Shown one piece after another: positions 9,912 to 19,431 of a stretch of 64,000 nucleotides of DNA. Under the pieces are notes generated by a model. It did not search any database. It was not told the origin of the DNA and saw only the letters and a program-made list of their open reading frames with translations. This DNA comes from Spirochaetia bacterium. GTDB lineage: Bacteria > Spirochaetota > Spirochaetia > DSM-27196 > Salinispiraceae. The stretch lies in contig JBBRCZ010000011.1 in assembly GCA_038204425.1 (NCBI GenBank), positions 36,309 through 100,308 on the forward strand, written 5' to 3'. Position 1 is the stretch's first letter; the number at the start of each line of letters is the position of its first letter. Position numbers and translations under genes: made by a program.

Positions 9912-11327
9912 ATGTTAAGTGTAAATAATTTACCAAATCAGCGGTTTTTTTTGCTTGCGCTGACTATAATCTTGAGTGCTTTCGTTACTGCTTGTACCGT
10001 TTCTCTGCCAAGTAGTGCCAGCTTAGATTTTGATCCACAAAGCCTGCAACGAGCGCTTGCCTCGCGAAGCATAGTAGCTGATGAGGTGCAGACTGCCACA
10101 GTACGAGCAATCTATAGAGGCAAAGTGCTGTCGATTAGCAAGTTTTTGTTGTCCGATGGCGGTGTTAAGTTGGAAGTGCCAACCAGCCTTGAGCTTGAGT
10201 TTGTACTTGAGGCAGAGCTAAAGAGTCCAAAGGATGGCATACGCAGCTGGGGTTTTCATGACATTGTCTATTTGCCAGCTGGCACCCAACGTTTTAAAAT
10301 TGATGCGCCACTTAGACCATTGACTAGTGCTATTATAGTACCCGAAAAAGTGCGCTACTTCGTTTTTGACCAAGTTGGAGCTAAGCCACAAGTGCTGACC
10401 AGCAATGTAGAGCAGGGTCCGCTTGCAACTCCGATTGGCTACGATAGGTCTGCCCGACTGTTTTCTTTTGCCGTTTTAACCCCTATGACTCCACTCTTTG
10501 ACTACCAGTACCTTGTTCCTGCAGTAACCAAGCCATTTAAAGTTGAACTTCCAGGTGCCCCACAACAGCAAACAAGTGCCCCCGTCAATTTTTCGCCCTC
10601 TTGGGACTTTAGTTCTTGGTTTGTTCTGCAAAAGGACACAAGTAAGGGTGACGCTTCTTTACTGGAGCTACCCATCAATAAAGAAAGCACACTGCCAAGT
10701 GCTCTATCAAAGTCGTTAGTAGACTCGAGGTACCAACCGTTTAGTCTCGCCATTAAAGTACCAACTGACGATGGCAAATCTACCCTTGAGATTGCGCCTG
10801 ATTTGCTGGCTATGGTTAGTGACAGCGAGGGCTTTTGGTACCTTTCAGGGCGCTACAACTACACCAAGCACAAGCTCAATTTTGGTTTTGTACTCAAGTT
10901 GGAAGTGGTTCCAGGCCGCGGCTTAGATGCCAAATGGAAGGTGCTTACCAGCTATCCGGAAAAGTTGCAGTTTACGTTTGATGCCGAAATACCGTACAAA
11001 AACGACGTTTTGGTCAAAGATCTGCTGGTCAGAGGACCTTATCTTTATGTTTTGGATGCAGGAGTGTCAAGTGCTTTCGGGCAAACGACAAAACCAGCCA
11101 TACCTATGCTCTATAGACTAGATAGAAAGTCACTAAATATTGATAGAATAAACGAAGCCTACAGCTCAGTTGTTAAGTCACCAGTTAGGTTTGTTAATCA
11201 ACATGGCTGGCTTTTAACTGTTGCGTCAGAGTCAAACAAAGATGGCTTTGGCAATCTTTTTCAAGTTGGTTTTGACCTGCAAGCCGAAGCGATTTGGAAC
11301 GACTATGAAGTGCCTGCTGGCCAATAG
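9912..11327 (+). CDS. Lipoprotein of unknown function, paralog 2
   Basis: Signal ending VTAC; colinear with paralog 1; GGAGG RBS. Confidence 0.85.
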   Translation: MLSVNNLPNQRFFLLALTIILSAFVTACTVSLPSSASLDFDPQSLQRALASRSIVADEVQTATVRAIYRGKVLSISKFLLSDGGVKLEVPTSLELEFVLEAELKSPKDGIRSWGFHDIVYLPAGTQRFKIDAPLRPLTSAIIVPEKVRYFVFDQVGAKPQVLTSNVEQGPLATPIGYDRSARLFSFAVLTPMTPLFDYQYLVPAVTKPFKVELPGAPQQQTSAPVNFSPSWDFSSWFVLQKDTSKGDASLLELPINKESTLPSALSKSLVDSRYQPFSLAIKVPTDDGKSTLEIAPDLLAMVSDSEGFWYLSGRYNYTKHKLNFGFVLKLEVVPGRGLDAKWKVLTSYPEKLQFTFDAEIPYKNDVLVKDLLVRGPYLYVLDAGVSSAFGQTTKPAIPMLYRLDRKSLNIDRINEAYSSVVKSPVRFVNQHGWLLTVASESNKDGFGNLFQVGFDLQAEAIWNDYEVPAGQ

Positions 11328-11373
11328 TAGGCAGTGTTTCTGCATAGGCCGCATGGAATAATGTAGGAAAGAT

Positions 11374-12720
11374 ATGAAACTTTTATTTGCAGTAGGTCTT
11401 TTACTCATATTTGGATCTTGTACCATTGAGCAGCTTAACGAAGGACGGCTTTCATTTGATGCGCAAGAAATAGGCGACGCCCTCGCCAGTCGCGGCGTAT
11501 TGGCAAGTCAAGTGAGCTCGGCGCGCGTGTCGGTCAGCAAAGCAGGCGCCATCATTGTGCAGAAGAACTTCTCGCTCAGTGATAGTCAAGTTACGCTTGC
11601 TGTGCCAATAAGGCGAGACCTCGAGATTGTTGTAGAAGCTGTTTTGTCTATCCCTGTTAATGGCATACGAAGCTGGGGATTCCATGAAATCATTGACGTT
11701 GACCGCGGTGGACAAACTATTACGCTCGATGCCCCGCTTAGACCCTTGGATACGGTAATTCTCCTACCAGGCTACGACAATTTTGAAGTACTTAATACCT
11801 TTGATGCTCAACCTATGGCAAAAACTACCAACTTGCCAAATGGACCTTTTGCTTTACCAATAGGCTATCTTCGTAATGGTGACGTCTTGTCATGGTATGA
11901 TGGTAATCTTAATCTGACGATAGTTGACGACGTAACTGGTACCCCAAGAACCGGAACAAGTATTACACCGGGTGGGTTTTATTCGGCTGCGTCACCTTCT
12001 TGGGATTTTTCGAGTTGGAACATATTAACAGGATTTGACGGTTTGGAGGCGTTTGTGCGTTATCCGGCCGTCAGTGAGGATCCGATGCCCAGCACTATTA
12101 CTCAAAATCTTGTTAACTCAAACGGCAGTCCTTTTGACTTAAGAGTAATCACTACTTATGACGGTAATGGAGATCCAAATGCTATAACTTATCCCTCTCT
12201 TTCTAGTTTGCTTGAGGGTAAAGATGGGTATTGGTACTTGGCTGGAAATGTCAGTTACTCTCAGAACTATGATTCCAACAGCTTTGGTTTTATTCTGAAA
12301 CTGAGAGTCAAGGCCGGTGCAAGTCGGAGTGACCCGTCAAGATGGCAGATAGTTGATAAATACCCAGCTGACCTGAGCTTTGCCTACGACCAGCAGGCTA
12401 ACAACTACAACAATTCACTTAACGTTAGAGATCTCGTGCTACGAGGGAAGTACCTCTATGTTATCGATGCTGGCCGCCAAAGTGGTCAGGTAGCTGCAGT
12501 GCAACCTTCTCTATATAGGCTAGAAACGCAAGGGTTTGCAGCCAAACAAGCCAGTCATTCTTTTGCAAGCAATGTTTTTGAACCCTATGAATTCGTAAGC
12601 CGGCACGGTTCGATTTTAACCATCAAGGGTGAACGCCAAAATGCCAAGGTATTGTTTCAGGTAAACTTTGACCTTCAAAGTGGTGCTCGGGCCAGGGTCT
12701 ATGGTGTCAACGAAGAGTAA
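11374..12720 (+). CDS. Lipoprotein of unknown function, paralog 3 (more divergent)
   Basis: Signal ending FGSC; same conserved motifs. Confidence 0.85.
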   Translation: MKLLFAVGLLLIFGSCTIEQLNEGRLSFDAQEIGDALASRGVLASQVSSARVSVSKAGAIIVQKNFSLSDSQVTLAVPIRRDLEIVVEAVLSIPVNGIRSWGFHEIIDVDRGGQTITLDAPLRPLDTVILLPGYDNFEVLNTFDAQPMAKTTNLPNGPFALPIGYLRNGDVLSWYDGNLNLTIVDDVTGTPRTGTSITPGGFYSAASPSWDFSSWNILTGFDGLEAFVRYPAVSEDPMPSTITQNLVNSNGSPFDLRVITTYDGNGDPNAITYPSLSSLLEGKDGYWYLAGNVSYSQNYDSNSFGFILKLRVKAGASRSDPSRWQIVDKYPADLSFAYDQQANNYNNSLNVRDLVLRGKYLYVIDAGRQSGQVAAVQPSLYRLETQGFAAKQASHSFASNVFEPYEFVSRHGSILTIKGERQNAKVLFQVNFDLQSGARARVYGVNEE

Positions 12721-12827
12721 AGTTGAGCGAATCCTAGTGCAACGATAGGTACGCCTAATAGTACCAATGCAAACTTGAGTAGCTTGATTGTAAGTTGAGA
12801 CACTTTGAGCCCGGCATTTTAAATGCT

Positions 12828-13166
12828 GTCGTAAATCCTAGCGGTAACGGCGCAGGATGGAAGCACGGTTAAGAACTACGTGGGGACGGTAAATCGTTTT
12901 GGAGCGGACTATTCTTCCGCCACCATTGGTACTTTAAAGTACGTCCCCGCCGGCACCTTGCAGTGTGACGACACAGCTACCAGACCAGCACGGTAGGTGC
13001 CTTCCAGATGAGTGAGAAAGAAATAATCCGCTCACAGTTTATGGCTATGCTGACCCTGTGCAGAACGTTAATTGGTACCACGTCTTATGCGGCGGCAGCC
13101 GGGTCACCAGTCTCGGTTTCCGGGTTGTCCGCAACTAATGCTCGCTATCGGCTGGCGGCTTACGAC
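12828..13166 (+). ncRNA. Putative large structured ncRNA, family unrecognised
   Basis: Closing stem GTCGTAA/TTACGAC; nested helices GGAAG/CTTCC, GGGGACG/CGTCCCC, GGCACCT/AGGTGCC, GTGAG/CTCAC, TGCGG/CCGCA; possible pseudoknot TGACCC/GGGTCA; G-U pairs favour + strand. Confidence 0.7.
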
Positions 13167-13188
13167 CCGACAAACTATACTATTTAGT

Positions 13189-14298
13189 ATGAGAAAACTA
13201 AGGTTTACTAGGTCAGTCGGGCTGCTAGTCTTGTTTGTGAGTCTGACTGCACCCACTTGGAGTAGCGGTTTAAGTACCGAAGGTTTTGACGAGATAGAAA
13301 AACGGGTAGCAAGCCTCAAGCGACCACGGTCGACCACTGAGCTGGTACAGAGCATAGCCAGTCTGGCTCAGACTGAGGCGCAAAGGGCATTTGCGGCCTA
13401 TGTATGGGTGGCTCGCAATGTTGACTATGACGTCGATGCTTTTTTTGGGGGTGGGGGTTCTGCCAGCGAGGCCGATGACGTATTTAGAACCGGCAAGTCG
13501 GTCTGCCAAGGTTACTCTGAGCTCTACAAAAGCTTGCTCGAGAAGCTTGGCATAGAAGCTGTCTTGATCACTGGTTATTCCAAAGCCTTTGGCTACCAAG
13601 CCGGCAAACGCCTTACCAATACCGACCACGCTTGGAACGCCTTTAAGGTGGATGGTAATTGGTACTTGGCTGAGACAACTTGGGCAGCTGGTCACGTAAG
13701 TGGAAGTCGTTTTGTTAGTGACTATACCAGGTTTTGGTTTGCAACATCGCCGGAAATTTTTGCTTACAATCATCAACCGCAAGACTCGGCTTGGTTGCTT
13801 ACTTCCAAAAAACGCACGCTACGGGAATATGAACAAGAAAAATATGTAGAAACCTATGTGCTCAAGTCTCTATTTGAAGCAGGTTATTCGCCCCAAGAAC
13901 AAGCTCAAGTGTTGGCACATGCGCCCTTGCCACAGTACTTCCACCAGTATGCTCAATCGTTTAAAGCCATTGGTGGCGACGTTGGCGTTCTTGCTCGATG
14001 GTTGGAGCAAAAGGCAGTACCAACTATTTGGTCGTATGAAGGTCAGTCAATTACACTGCTGGAATACCCACAACAGAGTCCCTTGCGCATTGGTCAAAGT
14101 TATCGCTTTTCTATGAAGATTCTCAACTGCACGGCAGCCGCTGTCATTAGCGGCGGGGAGTTCTCCTTCCTCAAACGCGAAGGTGACGTCTTTAGTGGCG
14201 AGGTAAAGGTTAAGAACGGAGAATTGCGCTTGTCGGCTCAGATTACCAACAAAGGGCAACAATCTTACTGGCCGGTACTGGTCTATCAAAGCCGCTGA
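13189..14298 (+). CDS. Secreted transglutaminase-like domain protein
   Basis: Signal peptide; SVCQGYS (Cys), DHAWN (His), YLAETTW; start ATG13189 lies 7 nt after TATACT. Confidence 0.85.
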   Translation: MRKLRFTRSVGLLVLFVSLTAPTWSSGLSTEGFDEIEKRVASLKRPRSTTELVQSIASLAQTEAQRAFAAYVWVARNVDYDVDAFFGGGGSASEADDVFRTGKSVCQGYSELYKSLLEKLGIEAVLITGYSKAFGYQAGKRLTNTDHAWNAFKVDGNWYLAETTWAAGHVSGSRFVSDYTRFWFATSPEIFAYNHQPQDSAWLLTSKKRTLREYEQEKYVETYVLKSLFEAGYSPQEQAQVLAHAPLPQYFHQYAQSFKAIGGDVGVLARWLEQKAVPTIWSYEGQSITLLEYPQQSPLRIGQSYRFSMKILNCTAAAVISGGEFSFLKREGDVFSGEVKVKNGELRLSAQITNKGQQSYWPVLVYQSR

Positions 14299-14480
14299 TC
14301 GCCTGCACAAGGAAGGCACAATTCAAACGATTTGGAGCAGTGCTTAGGATGGTGGCTGAAGATTCTCTGGTGGACTCCTGATTGCAAGCATCAAGGCAGA
14401 CTCCATCAATCCGGATCTTGGTCAGTGCAGGTCTTGATATTTATTCTGATAGCGGCTGCTCGACGTAATGACGGGGATTA

Positions 14481-14882
14481 CTAGGGATTTTTGAGTTTCT
14501 GACGATGAAGTTTCAAGAATACATTAACTTTATTTTTTAGAATTGCGGGATCAAGTGGTTTTTGCACATAATCGACTGCACTACTTTCTAGGCCACTAAA
14601 AAAATAGTTTTTGTCTTTTTCACCAGCAGTAATGAAGATGATTGGAATATTCTTTGTTTTATTAGTTCCATGCATAAATTTAGCGAGCTCAAAACCGGTC
14701 ATTTCAGGCATTTGAACATCCAGCAGGGCTAGGGAGAAATCCTGGTTTAACATCAGATCAAGCGCTTCATTGCCAGACATTGCTTGCGAAATATTAACCT
14801 CATCACTTGCTAATAATGCATTTAAGGCAATAAGATTATGTATAACATCATCGACAATCAGAATTTGAAATCTGTCTTTCAA
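14481..14882 (-). CDS. Stand-alone receiver-domain protein (possibly a truncated hybrid kinase)
   Basis: ILIVDD, LLDVQMPEMTG, DYVQKP; start TTG14882 inferred just after the CheR stop. Confidence 0.75.
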   Translation of the reverse strand: MKDRFQILIVDDVIHNLIALNALLASDEVNISQAMSGNEALDLMLNQDFSLALLDVQMPEMTGFELAKFMHGTNKTKNIPIIFITAGEKDKNYFFSGLESSAVDYVQKPLDPAILKNKVNVFLKLHRQKLKNP

Positions 14883-14886
14883 TATA

Positions 14887-15756
14887 TCAAGCCCTTTGAT
14901 CTTTTGAATTTTGTTTTGCAGAATAATTATCATTCTTTTGAAAAATCTGATCACCTCGGGAAAAATAATCAAAATTTTTGGCGTAATGTGAAAATTGAAT
15001 TGTTTCTTTGTGGCCTAAACCCAGGAAACCTTTTCTGCAAAGTGACTCATGGAATAGTCCAAGCGCTCTGTTTCGAAGCTCAAGATCAAAGTAAATAAGA
15101 ACATTTCGGCACGAAATGAAGTGGGTTTCTGAAAATACAGCATCGCTAACTAAGCTATGATTTGCGAAGGTGACTTTTTTCTTCAGCATGCCGTCGAAGA
15201 TTACCGAATGCAAATTGGCTGTGTAGTAATCTGATAACGCACATTTTCCGCCGGATGATAGGTAGCTGCTGTTGTACTTCTCAATATCTTTTAAGCTAAA
15301 GATACCTTTTTCCGCTTTCTCAATACTTCTTGAATTTATATCCGTTGCGTAAATTAACGTGCGAGCGAGTAGACCTTCTTCTTTTAGAAGTATAGCAAGT
15401 GAATAAACCTCTTCGCCCGTGCTACATCCGGCGACCCAGATCTTAACTGAGGGATAAGTTTTTAGAATGGGTATTACCTTTTCACGAAGTGCTAAGTAAT
15501 AACTGGTATCCCGAAACATCTCACTGACGGGGATGGTAAGAAATTGCAGCAAATCGTGGAAGGAATTTGAATCATGAATGACTTTTTCGTGAAGAGATGT
15601 CAGCGTCAGGTGACCCATACGATCCATCGCTTGCACTAGCCTTCGCTTCATTGAAGCGGGGGAGTAATGACGAAAATCGTAGTTGTATTTGCAATTAATC
15701 TGCTCGAGTAGGAGCTTAAAATCAAGCTCAAATTCAGGATTATGAATTCGATCCAT
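14887..15756 (-). CDS. cheR: CheR-family protein-glutamate O-methyltransferase
   Basis: KIWVAGCSTGEEVYSLAI, ATDIN, CRNVLIYF. Confidence 0.93.
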   Translation of the reverse strand: MDRIHNPEFELDFKLLLEQINCKYNYDFRHYSPASMKRRLVQAMDRMGHLTLTSLHEKVIHDSNSFHDLLQFLTIPVSEMFRDTSYYLALREKVIPILKTYPSVKIWVAGCSTGEEVYSLAILLKEEGLLARTLIYATDINSRSIEKAEKGIFSLKDIEKYNSSYLSSGGKCALSDYYTANLHSVIFDGMLKKKVTFANHSLVSDAVFSETHFISCRNVLIYFDLELRNRALGLFHESLCRKGFLGLGHKETIQFSHYAKNFDYFSRGDQIFQKNDNYSAKQNSKDQRA

Positions 15757-15761
15757 GGCCC

Positions 15762-18700
15762 CTATTCCTTCCCTAACTCTGGCATCCATATTCGAAGGAG
15801 CGAGAAAAGATTATGGAGATCAATGGGTTTGGCTAGGTAATCACTGGCGCCTGCTTCCATGCAAAGGATCTGATCTTTTGTACTGGCTCTAGCGGTGACA
15901 GCAATAATAGGAAGTTTGGCAAATCGTTTTTGTTTTCGAATCTCGCGGGTGGCCTGAAAGCCATCCATCTCGGGCATCATAATATCCATTAGGACAATGT
16001 CCATTAGAGGTTCTGCTTCCAGGCATGCCAGCGCTTCTCTGCCGTTTTTCGCCATCAAAACGTAAGCACCTTTTTGTTCTAAAGCGGCCGTTAATGCAAA
16101 GAGGTTCCTGACGTCGTCATCGACGACGAGGATTTTCTTACCTTTATACACATCTTGGCGACTTCGCTCAGTTTTTAAGATCTGCCTTCTTTCAGGAGTG
16201 AGTTTAGCATCAACCTGATGAAGAAAAAGGCTGACTTCATCGAGAAGTCTTTCGGGTGATCGGGCGCCTTTAATGATAATCGAACGAGAATATTTCCTCA
16301 GGTGGTCTTCTTCATTGAGTGAAAGTGAACGGCCAGTATAAACAATGACTGGCGGGAGCGATGAGATATCTGCTTGTTCGTTCATTTCTTTTAGAAGTTG
16401 TTCACCGGACATATCGGGAAGCTTGAGATCAATAACGATACAGTCGTACGCGTTCTTTTTTAAGGCGTCCAGTGCCTCTCTTGCTAAGGCGACGGAAGTT
16501 ATCTCTAGGTCAGGACTAGCGATAAGTTTGACCATGCTATCTCTTTGAACCTGATCATCTTCAACAATCAAAACGCGTTTGATTCCTGGCGATAGCTTGG
16601 ATTCCAATTTAGCAAAAGCAGACCTGAGTTCTTCAAGATTGGAGGGCTTATGAACGTATCCAATCGCTCCCATCCGTAGAGCCTTTACCATATAATCATA
16701 GCCTGAAACGATGAGGACAGGAATGTGTCTGGTGATGGTATTTTCTTTAAATTGATCGAGCACCATTAATCCTGAATGATCAGGAAGTTTAATGTCGAGC
16801 AATACCGCATTTGGAAGAATCGTTTTGGCTAGCTCAAGCCCCTCTTTAGCGTCATGCGCGACCACGCACTTGTAGTAAAACTCATGGCCCAGATCACAAA
16901 GTATTTGCGCAAACTTTGGATCATCTTCGATCACTAGAAGTGTCCGTCCATTTGAAGCTAAAATGTTTGGATCCTGTGAGACAGGCATGGTCTGAAGCTC
17001 TATTTCCTTGGTTGCCAAAATCGCCGAGTGTGATTCTGCAACGGTTAAAGGCAAGTGAAGAGTGAAGCGGCTGCCTATGCCTGGCGTGCTCTCAACTTCA
17101 ATACTTCCACCTAACAGTTGGGCCAGATCTCGTGAGATGGAAAGCCCAAGGCCTGTGCCACCATATTTGCGGCTGCTCGTCCCATCGGCTTGATGAAAGG
17201 CCTGAAAAATCAATTTTTGTTGACCTTTGGGAACCCCGATGCCGGTGTCGATCACTGCCATCGAAAGCCCTTGATTGGTGCCTCGGGACACATGAAGTGT
17301 GACTTGACCTTGCTCAGTAAACTTAAATGCGTTTGAGAGCATATTCTTTAAAATTTGTTCAAGTCGTTGACGATCAGTAATGATCGTTTCAGGTACATCA
17401 GGGTCTAATTTGATTTCAAAGCGAAGTTTCTTTTGTTGGGACAATGCATCAAAGGTGTGCTCCAGGCCTTTTAAAACGTTGGGAAGGAATACGTTTTCCG
17501 GTCTGATCTCCAGCATTCCGGCTTCCACCTTTGAGAGGTCCAGAATGTCATTGATAAGATTGAGCAGATCATTGCCGGCTGAATAGATGGAATTTGCAAA
17601 TTGAATCTGTTCCGGGGACAAGTTTCCTGTTGCATTGTCTGCCAGAAGCCTGGACAAAATTAATGAACTATTGAGTGGGGTTCGCAGTTCATGAGACATA
17701 TTGGCCAAAAACTCTGACTTGTATTGGCTTGCTTTAAGAACTTGATCTGATCTTTCTTCAAGTAGTGTTTGTGCCTCCTTGAGTGCATCATTATTTTGTT
17801 CAAGTTCGGCGCGGGAATCCTGAAGAGATTGTGACTGTGCCTGAAGTTCCTCATTGGAGGCTCTCAATTCTTCCTGCTGTGCCTGAAGTTCTTCGTTAAA
17901 AGTTTGAGCCTCCTCAAGAAGATCTTGAATCTTGTTGCGATCTTTCCAAGTACGAACAGCAATTGCCACTCCCACAGAGGCTTTTTCTAACAGCTCAATC
18001 ACTCGTGGTTCGGGAGCATTCAGAAATCCAAGTTCTATAACCGCCTTCACCGATTCTTCGACAGAAGCCGGTGCAATAACCAGTGCTCTTGGTATGGCCG
18101 CTCCCAGTGATGAGGTAATCTGAATGTAATTTTCCGGCAGATTTGCAACTTGAATCAAGCGATTTTCTGCCGCAGCTTGGCCCACAAGACCTTCATTCAG
18201 TTTGAGCTTAGAAGGTTTGGCCTCAGCTTCATTTGAAAAAGCGTGGGTCGAAACTCTTTGAAGAACTCCTTCCTCCTCTGAAACAACGTAAAAAGCGCCG
18301 ACTTGAGCGCCAGTGTAGTAAGCCAGATGATCAATTATCCTAGAACTAAGTACCGAGAGGGAGACACTACCACGAGTAAGATCATTCAGCTTCGAGAGTC
18401 CTGAGCGATGCCAATCTTCTTGCAGGAGTGAGTTGTTAAGTTCTGTTTGTTTCTGAAGAGCAGCACCGAATAAACCCGAGAGGGATTTCAATTGTCTGCG
18501 ACTATAAAAGGCGATAGAAATAGCAGCTATTATACTGATTGAAAGTATGAGAAAAATGACAAGGCGAATGGTTTGATTATTTACTTGGGCCCGTTGATTT
18601 CGAATAGTTACTTTATGACGAATAAATTCCTGGAACAGGTTTCGCATCTCTTCCATGGGTTTTTTTCCGTCACCATCTAAAACACTTTTTAAATAATCGT

Positions 18701-19157
18701 CGCGACCTTGACGCTTGGTTTCGATCACTTCTTGTGCGTAATTTTTCCAACTCTGATAAATGGACCTTATCTGAATCAATTGCTCAACTTGTTCTTGATC
18801 ATTTTTTACTAGATCCTGAAGAATGTTGATTTCCTGATCTATGGTTCGGATAGATTTTATGTAGGGTTCTAAGAAATCATCCTTACCTGTAAGTAAAAAA
18901 CCTCGCAGGCCTGTTTCAGAATCAAGCAGAACATTCACTGTCTCATGAGATTTAGAGATCACTATATCGGAGTGCTCAACCAAGCTGACCGTGTCCATGA
19001 GGTGAAGAATAAGACCAATGAAAATGACCGTCATGATGCTCATGAGTATTATAGGTAAACTGACACTGGTCTTGAGTATTCGATCAAAGATTTTTGAATT
19101 AACCGTAGCAGGGACATCTGGCGTCATCGGAAAGTCGGGCGTCGAAAAATTATCCAT
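15762..19157 (-). CDS. Hybrid histidine kinase: CHASE3-GAF-HisKA-HATPase plus three REC domains
   Basis: ETGLRGFLLTG (CHASE3), FLANMSHELRTPLN, GTGLGLSI, three receiver domains. Confidence 0.93.
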   Translation of the reverse strand: MDNFSTPDFPMTPDVPATVNSKIFDRILKTSVSLPIILMSIMTVIFIGLILHLMDTVSLVEHSDIVISKSHETVNVLLDSETGLRGFLLTGKDDFLEPYIKSIRTIDQEINILQDLVKNDQEQVEQLIQIRSIYQSWKNYAQEVIETKRQGRDDYLKSVLDGDGKKPMEEMRNLFQEFIRHKVTIRNQRAQVNNQTIRLVIFLILSISIIAAISIAFYSRRQLKSLSGLFGAALQKQTELNNSLLQEDWHRSGLSKLNDLTRGSVSLSVLSSRIIDHLAYYTGAQVGAFYVVSEEEGVLQRVSTHAFSNEAEAKPSKLKLNEGLVGQAAAENRLIQVANLPENYIQITSSLGAAIPRALVIAPASVEESVKAVIELGFLNAPEPRVIELLEKASVGVAIAVRTWKDRNKIQDLLEEAQTFNEELQAQQEELRASNEELQAQSQSLQDSRAELEQNNDALKEAQTLLEERSDQVLKASQYKSEFLANMSHELRTPLNSSLILSRLLADNATGNLSPEQIQFANSIYSAGNDLLNLINDILDLSKVEAGMLEIRPENVFLPNVLKGLEHTFDALSQQKKLRFEIKLDPDVPETIITDRQRLEQILKNMLSNAFKFTEQGQVTLHVSRGTNQGLSMAVIDTGIGVPKGQQKLIFQAFHQADGTSSRKYGGTGLGLSISRDLAQLLGGSIEVESTPGIGSRFTLHLPLTVAESHSAILATKEIELQTMPVSQDPNILASNGRTLLVIEDDPKFAQILCDLGHEFYYKCVVAHDAKEGLELAKTILPNAVLLDIKLPDHSGLMVLDQFKENTITRHIPVLIVSGYDYMVKALRMGAIGYVHKPSNLEELRSAFAKLESKLSPGIKRVLIVEDDQVQRDSMVKLIASPDLEITSVALAREALDALKKNAYDCIVIDLKLPDMSGEQLLKEMNEQADISSLPPVIVYTGRSLSLNEEDHLRKYSRSIIIKGARSPERLLDEVSLFLHQVDAKLTPERRQILKTERSRQDVYKGKKILVVDDDVRNLFALTAALEQKGAYVLMAKNGREALACLEAEPLMDIVLMDIMMPEMDGFQATREIRKQKRFAKLPIIAVTARASTKDQILCMEAGASDYLAKPIDLHNLFSLLRIWMPELGKE

Positions 19158-19431
19158 TCTTTTAGCCTATCACACTAAGTTGTTATAATCCAATTTTACT
19201 GTCTTTTATCGTCAAAAACTCTTATTTATGTTTTAATCAGGCCAAGTTAGAGATTTTTAAGGGTTTTGAGTTTGTTGACCAGCTGGTTTGGCGATATGGC
19301 GTATACGCTGAAAAATCCGTAGGCAGTGGCAGTTGCCTCCAACTAATAGATTAGATTGAATTCGAATTGGTAAAACGTCCTTACAATCGGCATAGCGGCA
19401 ACAATCTATTATAGTGATGCCCGTCAAAATA

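Noticed and set aside
8347..12720. Diversity-generating retroelement behind the paralog variation
   Set aside because: No reverse transcriptase in the window and the differences are not adenine-specific.
12805..12820. TTGAGCCCGGCAT resembling a group IIC intron 5' end
   Set aside because: No GTGCG start, no domain V and no reverse transcriptase ORF.
12859..12922. GGAAG...CTTCCGCCA resembling tRNA-Sec ends
   Set aside because: Only 64 nt, with no TTCG T-loop or TCA anticodon arm.
13150..13170. CGGCTTAC resembling the RNase P RNA 3' end
   Set aside because: The GAGGAAAGTCC 5' motif is absent on both strands.
14300..14465. CCTGCAC/GTGCAGG and GAGCAG/CTGCTC pairings in an intergenic region
   Set aside because: Too few helices to distinguish from chance.
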